From Syntrophorhabdaceae bacterium (GTDB lineage: Bacteria > Desulfobacterota > Syntrophorhabdia > Syntrophorhabdales > Syntrophorhabdaceae), in contig OY762209.1 in assembly GCA_963665295.1 (NCBI GenBank), positions 2,496,001 to 2,560,000 of the forward strand: DNA of 64,000 bases, written 5' to 3'. This document shows positions 17,423 to 27,061 of the stretch, in pieces (position 1 is the first letter of the stretch; every line of letters begins with the position of its first letter). Position numbers and translations under genes: made by a program. A model generated the notes under the pieces. The model was not told the origin of the DNA. It saw only the letters and a list, made by a program, of their open reading frames with translations, and did not search any database.

Positions 17423-18696
17423 TGTGAGACTACCTCCTTGAATGTGGTGGCGGTGAATTCGGCGCGGTAGTTGAGGAAGCCTTCGCCGCGCTTTACGAGC
17501 TCGTAGACGCCGCGGTATTTCATGCTTACCGGGGCGGGGGTGAATGCGGTGGTGAGGATTGCGCGGTAGTCGCGGACGATCTTTTCGGAGAGGATCGTTT
17601 TCAGGTCAATGCAGCGGGTGACCATGAGAAGGAGCTTTGCGAGGCGCTTGTGGCGCGTCGACGGGACCACGAAGTCGGAGAGCATGTAGATTTCGTCTTT
17701 TGCACCTCCTTTCTGGGAGTAGGCCTGGAAGATGAGGAAGCCGAAGAGCTTGGCCCCCGCGAAGACGAGGTAACAGGGACCGCCGGAGCCGGGTTGAATC
17801 TTCTTTGAGAGAAACATGTTCCGGTAATGGTTGATGGTGGAGAGGTCTACCTCCACGGCGGCGACGGGGGCCCCGGGATCTATCGCGTCGTCGGGCATGA
17901 GAAGGTCGTAAGGGGTAATCTTCTCGTTGATCTTGCGGCGGAAGATGCCGGGGGGCATGGTGAGATTGCTGTAGATGTAAACCGTGTGGCGTCCGAAAAG
18001 GTCCATGCGGGCGATGCAGGGGAACTCCGGGCGGGGTCGGTCGTCATAGAGGATGTAGTCCCCGGCGGTCATGCGGGTGATGGTGGCTTCGCGGCGCTCC
18101 TCGGTGAGCATCTGGTAGGCGGGGCGGTCCCAGGAGAGGGAGTCTTCGAGGCGGGCGAAGAGCTTTTCGTACCCGCCGGCGTAGGTGGGAAGGAAGCCGA
18201 TGGACACGCCGTCCGGGCGGGGGTAGTAGTCGGGGACGTCGATCATGGTGTAGGAGGCGATGCGGAGGGAGGCGGCGGCGGCCTGGACCCGGGCGAGGGT
18301 TCTGAGGAATAGGGTCTCGAAGTTGACGAGGTAGGCGCGCCACATGCGTTCCGAGTAGGGGTTTGCGCGTTTTTCGTATTTGAGAATCTCGAGGAGGAGG
18401 AGCATCACGGCGGAGGGGGCGGCGGGATCGCGGGGGAGGTAGGCGTTGGCCCAGGCCAGCTCGGGGTTGACTACTTCCATGCGGAAGGGGGAACGGGTGA
18501 GCATGTGGCCTATCACGGAGGAGTAGAGGGATACATCATTGCTGTGGATTCGGGCGGCGGGGCAATGGCGGGTGATGATCTGCTCGATCGTGAAGTTGCC
18601 CGAGCAACCGACGTAACAGGCGCGGCCGTCGAGAAGGGCCGCGTGGGTGGAGAAGAATTTACGGAGCTTGTCGTTTATTGCGCCGACGAATGACAA
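17395..18696 (-). CDS. Putative DNA-modification enzyme: divergent adenine-methyltransferase-like domain plus GNAT-like C-terminal domain
   Basis: YVGCSGNFTIE (motif I-like), SNDVSLYS, GFLPTYAGGY (motif IV-like); C-terminal YMLSDF...KRLAKLLL...SMKYRG; TTG start 18696 with GGAGG. Confidence 0.6.
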   Translation of the reverse strand: MSFVGAINDKLRKFFSTHAALLDGRACYVGCSGNFTIEQIITRHCPAARIHSNDVSLYSSVIGHMLTRSPFRMEVVNPELAWANAYLPRDPAAPSAVMLLLLEILKYEKRANPYSERMWRAYLVNFETLFLRTLARVQAAAASLRIASYTMIDVPDYYPRPDGVSIGFLPTYAGGYEKLFARLEDSLSWDRPAYQMLTEERREATITRMTAGDYILYDDRPRPEFPCIARMDLFGRHTVYIYSNLTMPPGIFRRKINEKITPYDLLMPDDAIDPGAPVAAVEVDLSTINHYRNMFLSKKIQPGSGGPCYLVFAGAKLFGFLIFQAYSQKGGAKDEIYMLSDFVVPSTRHKRLAKLLLMVTRCIDLKTILSEKIVRDYRAILTTAFTPAPVSMKYRGVYELVKRGEGFLNYRAEFTATTFKEVVSQWQKKYEKR

Positions 18697-18963
18697 AGGA
18701 GCACCTCCCGGTTGACCTGGGACGGGTGGTCGCGCTATAGTCTTACCGCACTTTTCGTACACTTCAAATGCGGCGGATGGTAGCGGGCTTGCCCGTCATG
18801 CGTTGGTAGCGCATGGTCTTGGGGAGGTGCGAACTCCTCGGACTGCTGTCCGTCTTTTTAACTGTCAATACCCCTTGAGCGGGGGACCGGTGGACTGTGG
18901 AAAGGAAACGGCGGGCCGGTCGCCATGGGGGCGGCCCGACACTCGAACACAGGAGGAACATCG

Positions 18964-19332
18964 ATGAGTTTGCATTCAACCAAGACTTTTTTCAGGGAGA
19001 AGCTGGAAGGGTATAAGGAACAGGGATTCAAATATTTTGAGATATCCCCTCCGCCGGACTGCTGCGCTTCGTGCGCGGAAAAAGCAAACAGGAAGATCGC
19101 GATGGAAGGCGCAACGGATGAGAATATCCCTCCTTTCCATGATGAGTGCAGGTGCGGCGTGCTGCCCCTGTGGGAAAACGATGAAGCGGGGGCGCTCGCG
19201 CGACAAATGAAGAGGTACGCTTCGGGCGAGTTTCCCAAAAAAAGATGTCCTTTCTGCAAAGGGTGGATTGCGGGGAACGCGGCGGTTTGCACGCGGTGCG
19301 GGAAGGTCGTCACAGGGTCACCGCGAGATTGA
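18964..19332 (+). CDS. Opposite-strand small protein with MuF-like Cys/His motif and zinc ribbon
   Basis: AGGAGG RBS; DCCASC...PPFHDECRC and CPFC...CTRC. Confidence 0.7.
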   Translation: MSLHSTKTFFREKLEGYKEQGFKYFEISPPPDCCASCAEKANRKIAMEGATDENIPPFHDECRCGVLPLWENDEAGALARQMKRYASGEFPKKRCPFCKGWIAGNAAVCTRCGKVVTGSPRD

Positions 19333-19459
19333 GGACGGTGGCGGCGAACCAGTAGACCGCGCGGCGGTAGTCGCCCGTGGCCGTGTAGACCACGCCGGCG
19401 GAGAATGACAGGGCTATTATCGAAATGGGGAAGATCAACGGGGCTGCGCGGAGGATCAT
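19310..19459 (-). CDS. 49-aa small membrane protein
   Basis: Not in ORF track; MILRAAPLIFPISIIALSFSAGVVYTATGDYRRAVYWFAATVLNLAVTL; ATGA-coupled to upstream gene. Confidence 0.6.
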   Translation of the reverse strand: MILRAAPLIFPISIIALSFSAGVVYTATGDYRRAVYWFAATVLNLAVTL

Positions 19460-20043
19460 GGATGGTTTCCTTCAGTAGGTGGTAAGGTAATTTGTTTGAG
19501 CATTGCCTCACCGGCGTTGCGCCAATGCTTGCCGTGGTCCCTGTAGAGGCATAACATCCAATAAATTACGGAGGCTTGTTCATCTTCGGCCTTGTGCGCG
19601 ATGTCCCATCCCATCCGGCGAAGTTTTTCGGCAAGGGCGGCGAGCATGAACGAGGGGCGGCCCAATATCCAGCGCAGTTGATCGTCAAGGGCGGGGGGCG
19701 TGTCGGGAGTGTTCAACCTTACATATATTTCACAGGTGGGGTGATTCTTTATCGCTTGCCGGGCTTCTTCCATGGCCTCGTAACCCATGCTGAGCCCCGG
19801 GCCGTAGACCAGGAACCTGGAGGGACCGGGGGCGGGTTCACCGGAGAAGAATGTTCCTGCCGGGCCTCTCAGGGATTGAAGCCATTCGCTGTAGCCGTCG
19901 TCACCGATGGCTTCGCAGATGGCGTCAAGGAGAACTATCCCTAATTCACCCCATCCTATATTCGGATCATCGAGATGGTGCTTGCGGTAGGCCATCTTGC
20001 AGGCGTTGAGAAGGGTTTCATTCGGCGTGTCTGTCTTGTTCAT
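19456..20043 (-). CDS. Hypothetical phage protein
   Basis: GGAGG RBS; abuts the Mor gene stop. Confidence 0.7.
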   Translation of the reverse strand: MNKTDTPNETLLNACKMAYRKHHLDDPNIGWGELGIVLLDAICEAIGDDGYSEWLQSLRGPAGTFFSGEPAPGPSRFLVYGPGLSMGYEAMEEARQAIKNHPTCEIYVRLNTPDTPPALDDQLRWILGRPSFMLAALAEKLRRMGWDIAHKAEDEQASVIYWMLCLYRDHGKHWRNAGEAMLKQITLPPTEGNHP

Positions 20044-20337
20044 TTAGTCCTCCCTGAAGGTTCTGTTTTTGTTGTCGCCGTCTACTATGTTGCGGATCTG
20101 CCGAACTCGCAGGCCGTAGCGTTCGGCGAGTTCGGCGTGGTTGGCGCCGTTGAACTGGGTGATGATGCGCCGGTTGCGCTCTTCCCTGAAAAGGTCGTGG
20201 AGGTCGGGAATGGTGACGCGGAGACCCCCTAATTCTTCGATGATCGTTTTGATGACCGCCTGGCCGGAAGCGATACCGAAGTCGGCGGTAAGGCGGCGGA
20301 AGAGTCGGTCGAGGGCGTCACGGTTTTCAGACTTCAT
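20044..20337 (-). CDS. Mor/C-family transcriptional activator
   Basis: ELGGLRVTIP...ERNRRI...FNGANHAELAERYGLRVRQIRNIV; start MKSEN with AGGAGG. Confidence 0.85.
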   Translation of the reverse strand: MKSENRDALDRLFRRLTADFGIASGQAVIKTIIEELGGLRVTIPDLHDLFREERNRRIITQFNGANHAELAERYGLRVRQIRNIVDGDNKNRTFRED

Positions 20338-21418
20338 CGGGGTCACCTCCTGGGGGACGGTTTGCGGGGGCCGGTGAAGGCGTGGGGGAAGGGGGAAGCT
20401 TCCGGTGGCGGGGGCGGCTGGTACGGTCATCGTCATGTTCATCTATTATTTGTCTCCCTTCAAAAATGGAATTGAACTCGCGCCAGTAGACGGCGAGAGA
20501 GGGGTATGTCTGGTGGAGGCGTCCGCGCGTGGCGACGTAGCGGTCGGTGGTGATGATCGAGGCGTGGCCCAGGCGTTCGGCGATGGCGGGGGTATCGTAG
20601 CCCTTGATGTGGCGGAGGTCGTGGGCGTGTGCGGCGCGGAGCATGTGCATGGAGAGCTTCGGCTTGCGGATCTGGGCGCGGGCGGCGAGTGTTTTGAGGA
20701 ACGCGTCGGTGGCTGATGCGGTCAGGGGGTTGTGTTTCGGGCGGGCTCCTCGACCGTAGGAGATGATGAGGGGGTCGGAGGGGCGCGCGCCGTGGCCCAC
20801 GCGGGTGAGGTACCATGCGCGGAGGATGGCGGAGGGGGCTTTCCAGAGATAGACCTTGCGCCATTTCTCGCCTTTGCCGTAGACGTGGATGTCGTAGGAC
20901 TGGCCTTCTTCGACGGCGTTGGCGAGGGTGAGGGTGATGATCTCGCCGATCCGGAGGCCGCAGAAGGCCCCGAGGATGAGGATCACGGCGTCGCGGAGGG
21001 ATTTCTCGGTGATGGGGGGCGCGGCGGCGATGGTGAAGAGGCGGAGGATTTCTTCTTTGGTGAATCGCTGCACCAGGGTCTTGCGGACCTTGGGGAGCGG
21101 GATCTGTGCGGAGGGGTCGGCCGGGATGTGGCCTTCGTAGAGCATGTAGCGGAAAAATTTGCGGATGGCGATGAGCTTCGTGAGGCGGGTGTGGTTGTTG
21201 TTGCCCTGGTAGAAGCAATGCTCCAGAAACGCTTCTATGTCCTGTCGACTGGGGATAGAAGCGGGGGATGGAGACGGGGGCGCAGGGCGGACGGCTTGTC
21301 TGGAGGTCCACCAGGTGCAGAACTCGCGGACGCGGGACGTGTAGACCTTGGCGCTCACGTCGGTGAGGGCATTGAGGACCTTGAGGTGGCGTTCAAATCC
21401 GGGCAGATGATCAAGCAT
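20327..21418 (-). CDS. XerC/D-like tyrosine recombinase
   Basis: SAM-like N-domain; GLRIGE, GKGEK, HMLR, LGHASIITTDRY; start MLDHL with GGAGG. Confidence 0.9.
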   Translation of the reverse strand: MLDHLPGFERHLKVLNALTDVSAKVYTSRVREFCTWWTSRQAVRPAPPSPSPASIPSRQDIEAFLEHCFYQGNNNHTRLTKLIAIRKFFRYMLYEGHIPADPSAQIPLPKVRKTLVQRFTKEEILRLFTIAAAPPITEKSLRDAVILILGAFCGLRIGEIITLTLANAVEEGQSYDIHVYGKGEKWRKVYLWKAPSAILRAWYLTRVGHGARPSDPLIISYGRGARPKHNPLTASATDAFLKTLAARAQIRKPKLSMHMLRAAHAHDLRHIKGYDTPAIAERLGHASIITTDRYVATRGRLHQTYPSLAVYWREFNSIFEGRQIIDEHDDDRTSRPRHRKLPPSPTPSPAPANRPPGGDPDEV

Positions 21419-21769
21419 GGGTGGCCTCCGGGGCGCGAGATGCGGGAAATGGGGCAAAAATCCCCCCGGACCCCCCTCTTCCAACTAAGGGAGATACCGG
21501 ACTGAGAAAAAAACCGGATTTAAGGGACCGGGAAGAGAAAAGGATGGGCAATGCTGATGGGCAAAACCGAAAATGGTTTGAAAATAGGCTCCATTTTATA
21601 CCGGGTAATAGGGGGTGGGGTGGGGATGGAAACGGGAGCTTTTCGAGGGGGGGAGGGTATCCGGGCTCCTGATCGGGCTGCCTGAACTGGAGCGATTGAA
21701 AACTTACCGCAGTATTGTGAAAAAGGGATGGCTGAAAACCGTTGGAAACAGGTATCGGGACTGACCCCT

Positions 21770-21797
21770 TATCGCACAGTTTAACATTATGTGCAGT
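21770..21797. promoter_or_regulatory. dif-like candidate recombinase site
   Basis: Minus strand ACTGCACATAA-TGTTAA-ACTGTGCGATA; left arm resembles the XerC arm of E. coli dif (GGTGCGCATAA); upstream of the Xer-like gene. Confidence 0.4.
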
Positions 21798-22175
21798 AAC
21801 GAGGCCCCTCTGATTCCGTGATTTCGACTGTCTAGTTAACCACGTGACTAAAAATAGTTTACAGAGAGCCTTGACAGGGTCTCTCAAAGGATTGGTATCA
21901 CAGGAAAAGAACTGTATGACAGGTACGAGATATCTGGTAATATATAATGTGCTTTTTTTCCGGCTATTCATGGCTTTCTCCATGGGATGGGAAAAACTCG
22001 GGGTGATCCCGCTGCACCACGCTAACTTGTGTAAAATTTGGCGTTCAATGTCGGTGCATGGATCACGTTTCTCTTCGGGCATCTGTTGACCTCCGTGTAA
22101 AATTGCCGGGGCAAAAACCGTGTCCCCCATGCCCCATCTGGACATAAACCCTTGACAGGCTTAGCTTTATGCCGT

Positions 22176-22423
22176 GGGGAAACGCTAAAATCATGGCGTC
22201 CGTATCCCCCGCGTTTCCCCCCTTTCCCCACCGTTTCCCCCCGCGTTTCCCCCACCCTAACAAACTAAAATCAAAGGGAAAAGAATTGAAGTGGGGAAAG
22301 GGGGAAGCGGTTTTTTGATCGGGTCCTAAAAAAACAGCCGAAGGCCAAAAAAAAGAAAAAAAGAAAGCTTTGCCCTTGGCGCTGCTCAATTTAATGGATA
22401 TTGACCCTTGAGCGTTTCCCCCC
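22176..22423. repeat. Iteron-like CGTTTCCCC repeats with A-tract (candidate origin)
   Basis: Copies near 22212, 22232, 22244 and 22413, an inverted copy at 22176-22184, A-rich tract ~22346-22365. Confidence 0.6.
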
Positions 22424-22748
22424 GTGCTGCCTGCAGCCCTTGGATGGCCATACGATCGGCTCAAATAGCTTCTCTGCCCCCTTAAATTTTGCGCCGCGAC
22501 ACTTCTCCGGCACCTTCGTGCCATTACTTGGTTAATCAGGATGCGCCCTCGGGCGCTGACACGGCGGGGACGTAACCCTTTCCGGCTCTCCTGACCGGTG
22601 CTCACCTTCTCACGGCCCTTCGGCCATCGAGCGTTCCCGGCATCGTCCGAACACTTGGTCTCATCAAGGCAGAAACGATGCGTAACACGCATATCCCACG
22701 CGGGCATGGCCGCTTTTAGATCATCCCTTTCTATTGTTTCCAAGGTGT

Positions 22749-23660
22749 TCATTCTGTCAATAACCTCGCTACAGCGGGCCACCTGTTGGCCGCGGCGCTC
22801 AGGAGGACACGGCCGGACTCTTCCTCTTCTTCGAGGGCGTTGTACTTGTCCTCGTCCCTGAAGCTCAGCACTGCGTCGGTAATGAGCCGGGTGATTACTC
22901 CCGGCTCCAGGGCGTCAAGTTCCCAACTCTCGGTGCCGAAGCGCTTGATGTAGCCGTTGCAGCGCGAGTCGGTCAGCTTCGCCGGGTTGGGAGGAGGCTT
23001 GTATTTCTCGACCTGGTCCTTGTTGAGAGCTATTCGCTCAAAGGTAAGCTCCCAGAAGGTCTCTTCCATGAACGTCCGGAGACGGTCCTCAATGTCGCGG
23101 CTCATATCGATGCCGCTCGGATCGTGGTCGCTCAGGTGGAGAATTACCACCTTCTGACCATCCTCCACGTACCGCTGGAGCCTCTTCCCTGCTTTCCACA
23201 TGGCCGTCTGGCTTGTGTACCCCCGACAGGAAAAGAAATCGATGTCCAGCTCCGAGGCTACGCGCCCCACGATTCCCTCAAGGGCGTCCTTCTCGACCCA
23301 CACCTCGACGCGGCACTCCTGATCCTGCCACTTGTCGAGACGAAAGGACGTGGCAGCGGACCTGATGGTGTCCGACGGATCGTCCCAGTGGGCATTGCCC
23401 CCGAGGGACCTGGTCCTGTCCTCGATCGCGTCCCAGTCAATAAGCCCGGCGAGGCGCCCGTCGTTTACCAGTTCCCCAAGGCGCTTGTATTCCTTCTGTG
23501 CGTTCTTGATCCAGCCGCGAGCCACGAACTGGTAATAGAGTTGGCGCAGGGTGAGGATGTAGCCCTGGGCGAAGTAATCGCGGATAAGGCCGTTCACGAG
23601 GTCAATGGCCTCCAGGCGACGGTCTTGAAAGTCGATGTCCTTGTATTGGATCTTCGGCAC
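22749..23660 (-). CDS. Topoisomerase VI subunit A/JetD-like winged-helix-Toprim protein
   Basis: TLRQLYYQ, VEVWVEKDAL, HLSDHDPSG, WELDAL; GTG start 23660. Confidence 0.75.
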   Translation of the reverse strand: MPKIQYKDIDFQDRRLEAIDLVNGLIRDYFAQGYILTLRQLYYQFVARGWIKNAQKEYKRLGELVNDGRLAGLIDWDAIEDRTRSLGGNAHWDDPSDTIRSAATSFRLDKWQDQECRVEVWVEKDALEGIVGRVASELDIDFFSCRGYTSQTAMWKAGKRLQRYVEDGQKVVILHLSDHDPSGIDMSRDIEDRLRTFMEETFWELTFERIALNKDQVEKYKPPPNPAKLTDSRCNGYIKRFGTESWELDALEPGVITRLITDAVLSFRDEDKYNALEEEEESGRVLLSAAANRWPAVARLLTE

Positions 23661-23944
23661 TATTTGCCCCTTTTCCCTGCGTGACCGCCGCAAACCGCGT
23701 CACTCAATACCTTAACTAATCTTTTGGCCGGGCAATCCGATGAGGTATGCAGCCTTAGTGTCCTCCTGCCCTTTTCAATGTCGGAGAGGTAAGACCCCGC
23801 AAGGCCGACCTTCTCCCCTAGTTTCCGGTAAGTCCATCCTAAAGCCTGTCTCGATTCCTTAATCCAGACCGGGTTGACGATGTCATAAGAAAGGTCCACA
23901 TGAATACATTTTGTTTTTTCGACGACGGTATTCTTATCTTCCAT
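23660..23944 (-). CDS. XRE-family HTH protein
   Basis: IKESRQALGWTYRKLGEKVGLAGSYLSDIEKGRR. Confidence 0.8.
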   Translation of the reverse strand: MEDKNTVVEKTKCIHVDLSYDIVNPVWIKESRQALGWTYRKLGEKVGLAGSYLSDIEKGRRTLRLHTSSDCPAKRLVKVLSDAVCGGHAGKRGK

Positions 23945-23956
23945 TATTTCTCCTCC

Positions 23957-26900
23957 TTACCTCACTATCGTCTTCCGGAATTTCCAAAAGTACACGCCTC
24001 TGATCTTCTTCCAATGCGGCGCCACGTTTGAATTGTCGCTCGGCACCAGCTCCCAGCCTGCCTTTTCCATCAGGTTCCTGTCATTTTTGAGCCGCTCGCC
24101 AAAGATGTTGGCATTGCCGTAGGGATTCCGGATGCCGTTATTCTTGCAGAACCGGTCGAAAGCGAACACGATGTCTTTCGGTGTGGCCACAAACTCGACA
24201 AAGGTTCTCATGTAATCGTCCTCGCCATCCTTTCCCTTGACCACTTCAGGCCCGATCTTCACCATTTCAAGGCCATATTCGGGATGGACGTAAAGGTTTC
24301 TCATCTCTTCATCCCCATCCTTCATTTTCATGATGTATTCCCGCACAAGGCCATCGAGCAGCTTGATGATGTTGGAGCTCTGCGTCTCCGTCTCTCTCGC
24401 CCTTGCGTCCTGGTACGTGATCCACGCCTTCCTGATGTGGGCGTCCCCCCAGCCGAACTCGCTTTCGAGGCCGTAATAAACGTCGTCGTCCTGATACCAG
24501 GGAATGTATCGGATGACCTTCTCAAGGATGAGCATCATCAAAGCCAAGAATTCATCGCTCCTGTTCTTGGAATGCCCCTTGTGCTCCTTCTTGAGGATGG
24601 TGATGTAATCCCGCCGGTTCTTGAGGTTGGGGAGAATATCCTTTTGAATGAACCGCATGATTGCGCTCACGATCAGGTCCCTGTGCTTGGTGATCTCGCC
24701 CATTATCTCGGTCTCCACAAACGAATCGCCTTTGAACTTGTTCTCGAACTCAATATCGTAGGTCCTGTTTATCAGCTCCGCCTTTTCGAAGGATTCTATG
24801 GCGGTGATCCACACGAGGGCTTTCGGCACCTGCTCCACCGTCTTTTCCCCGGAGGTCTCCGCCGCCTTCTCCTTACCGCCTCTCGTGGCCGATCCCAAGA
24901 GAAATTGCAGCTTCCCCTTCGTAATATCCTCATGTTCGAGGTTGTCGAGGACAAGAAGGGGGTTCTGGGCGCTTACCCTGTAGGAAGCCGGGCCGCTGAT
25001 TTCGATGGACAGGTGTTCCGTTCCGTAAAGGAGAAGGCTGAACAATTTCGCCGCCGTTGTCTTCCCTGCGGCCGTGCTCCCGCAAAGGTGAAGCAGGCCG
25101 GTGTAAGGAGCAAAATCGAGCAGGAAACAACAGATAAAATGACAGAGGACAAAATACCTCTGCTCCCGTTCGCACGTGAGGTTGTCGAAGATCGCCTCCG
25201 ACAGGATACCCATCCCGTCAGAGATATCCGCGTCGGGAAGAAAGTTCACGGGCATGATCTTCCAGGGGGACGCGAGAAGGACGCCGTCTTCATTGAGCCC
25301 GTTCGGGATCTCATCGACAGCCTTGGGGCTCACCTTCAATATGTTTCCGTCGGGCCCGTTCAGATTGATGTAAACCGTGTCCTCCGCAAGGTCGGTATGG
25401 ATCCACAGGAGCGGGTCCACCTTCTTCCCGAAGTTGTAGGCTTCGCTCGCGAGCGAATCCCACACGGACCGGCCCGGCTCCTTGGTGTGCTGGAGGCCGG
25501 TCGTCAGTTTCATGAGCGCGTTGAACGGCCTGTTATTGCCTATTTCATAAATGTGATGCTTGTAAAACAAGCCCGGAACGCCGTCGCGGGTGCAGTAAAA
25601 CAACCCGCTTTTGCCCAGCTCCCTGTAGATGAGAGAAACGATCATGTGCGGGTCCGCGTCCGCCTTCTTGGGGAGACTCGCGTAATATCGCCCGAGGGCC
25701 GTGAGAAGCTCCTGGGCGGCCTCGATCTGTTCCTGTATCGCTTTACCGGTAAGACCCAGCTCCTCTATCTTCTCGATGAAGGCAAGCCGCTCCGCCTCCA
25801 CCATATCCGCAAGCGCCGCGAATATTCTCCGGTCTTTCAGTGCCTTTAGTTTGTTATCCAGCCCTGAAAGCTTCGCGGTCTCGCCGATTTCCCATGTGAT
25901 GTAATCGCGGGCTTCGACCTGGAGGCGTTTGATCTCCTTTCGGCGCTCACCCTCCGGGAGGGTTCTGAGGTAATCGTCGGGGTCCTTAACGTAGTTATCG
26001 GCCCCTACCGGGCCTGACGGGTGGGAGATGATGCGGACGTTTATTCCCGCGGGGATCAGGACCGCGCAGATCTGACGGATGAATCCGTCGTGCCACTTGT
26101 CCCCCTTCCAGCCGCCGTGGCCGCCCAGGTCGTTGTCTACCCAGAGGTAGATGTGCTTCTTCGCGCAGGCGCTCTTGAGGGCTTGTATCTGCTGCTCCGA
26201 GGGCTGGCCGATCAGGCCGATCACGTGCTGGACACCGGCGTCGAGCACGGAGAGGGCGTCGTTCTCACCCTCGACGACGATGATCTCGTTGAACCTCTGC
26301 AACGCGGACTGGTTGTAGAACCGCCAGTCCTTGTGCCGGTACTCGTTCTTGAGCTGGTAGGGCGTGCTGCGGCCCTCGATACGCTTCTCCGGGTCCTTGA
26401 CGGTGAAATGGAGGACCTTCCCCGCGTCCAGGTGGGGGAAAATGACGAGGTGCTTCATGAACGTGTCGGAGAGGAACGGATGTCCGTTGTTGATCCTCTC
26501 CCGGGCGAGGCCCGACGCCGTGATGTCGGCGTCGCTGAAGTTCTTGCTCCGGAGGTGGTCCACGAGTCCCCCATCGGTCCAGCCGACTCGCATGGCCTTG
26601 ATCACGTCTTCACGATGGCCGCGCTTCTCGATGAGGTACGATTTCGCGCCATTCCCGTTCTCGTTGTACTTGAGATGGTAGTAATCGGCCGCCTCAATGA
26701 AGATGCGCTCCCTGGTGCTGAAGCGCATTTCACGGCGTTTCGGCTCGGTGAGGGTGACGCCGGCGGCGAGGGCCGCTCTCCGGAGAGACTCCGCCTTGTC
26801 GATGTTGTGGTACCGCTCGAAGAACGTAAAGACGTCCCCGCCGCTCTTGTCGGGGTCGCACTGAAAGCACTTGAAGACCTGCTTCGCCTGGTCCACGGTG

Positions 26901-27025
26901 AAACATTCGTGGCCGCCGCAGAACGGGCACTCCTCAAGGTGAGACCGTTTCATCTTGAGTCCGGTCTCGCCCTGGATAACCGTCAGCAGGTCGAGCTTAC
27001 CTTTTACTTCTTCAAAGTCGTTCAT
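23957..27025 (-). CDS. DnaG-type primase (CHC2 finger, Toprim) fused to P-loop ATPase/helicase
   Basis: CPFC...CFQC, IVVEGENDAL, WVDND, KDPDD; GSTAAGKTT and LVLDN. Confidence 0.9.
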   Translation of the reverse strand: MNDFEEVKGKLDLLTVIQGETGLKMKRSHLEECPFCGGHECFTVDQAKQVFKCFQCDPDKSGGDVFTFFERYHNIDKAESLRRAALAAGVTLTEPKRREMRFSTRERIFIEAADYYHLKYNENGNGAKSYLIEKRGHREDVIKAMRVGWTDGGLVDHLRSKNFSDADITASGLARERINNGHPFLSDTFMKHLVIFPHLDAGKVLHFTVKDPEKRIEGRSTPYQLKNEYRHKDWRFYNQSALQRFNEIIVVEGENDALSVLDAGVQHVIGLIGQPSEQQIQALKSACAKKHIYLWVDNDLGGHGGWKGDKWHDGFIRQICAVLIPAGINVRIISHPSGPVGADNYVKDPDDYLRTLPEGERRKEIKRLQVEARDYITWEIGETAKLSGLDNKLKALKDRRIFAALADMVEAERLAFIEKIEELGLTGKAIQEQIEAAQELLTALGRYYASLPKKADADPHMIVSLIYRELGKSGLFYCTRDGVPGLFYKHHIYEIGNNRPFNALMKLTTGLQHTKEPGRSVWDSLASEAYNFGKKVDPLLWIHTDLAEDTVYINLNGPDGNILKVSPKAVDEIPNGLNEDGVLLASPWKIMPVNFLPDADISDGMGILSEAIFDNLTCEREQRYFVLCHFICCFLLDFAPYTGLLHLCGSTAAGKTTAAKLFSLLLYGTEHLSIEISGPASYRVSAQNPLLVLDNLEHEDITKGKLQFLLGSATRGGKEKAAETSGEKTVEQVPKALVWITAIESFEKAELINRTYDIEFENKFKGDSFVETEIMGEITKHRDLIVSAIMRFIQKDILPNLKNRRDYITILKKEHKGHSKNRSDEFLALMMLILEKVIRYIPWYQDDDVYYGLESEFGWGDAHIRKAWITYQDARARETETQSSNIIKLLDGLVREYIMKMKDGDEEMRNLYVHPEYGLEMVKIGPEVVKGKDGEDDYMRTFVEFVATPKDIVFAFDRFCKNNGIRNPYGNANIFGERLKNDRNLMEKAGWELVPSDNSNVAPHWKKIRGVYFWKFRKTIVR

Positions 27026-27061
27026 TCAGCCTCGTCGTCAGCCTCCAACTCATTGTGGTAA

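Noticed and set aside
18764..18815. MRYQRMTGKPATI as the C-terminal relic of a DNA methylase
   Set aside because: Too short to support
22630..22680. Second hammerhead around UUGAUGA on the minus strand
   Set aside because: No stem II-GAAA or stem III can be formed
21411..22782. ORFs 21411-22145 and 22063-22782 as proteins
   Set aside because: They run through low-complexity repeats and A-tracts with non-protein-like composition
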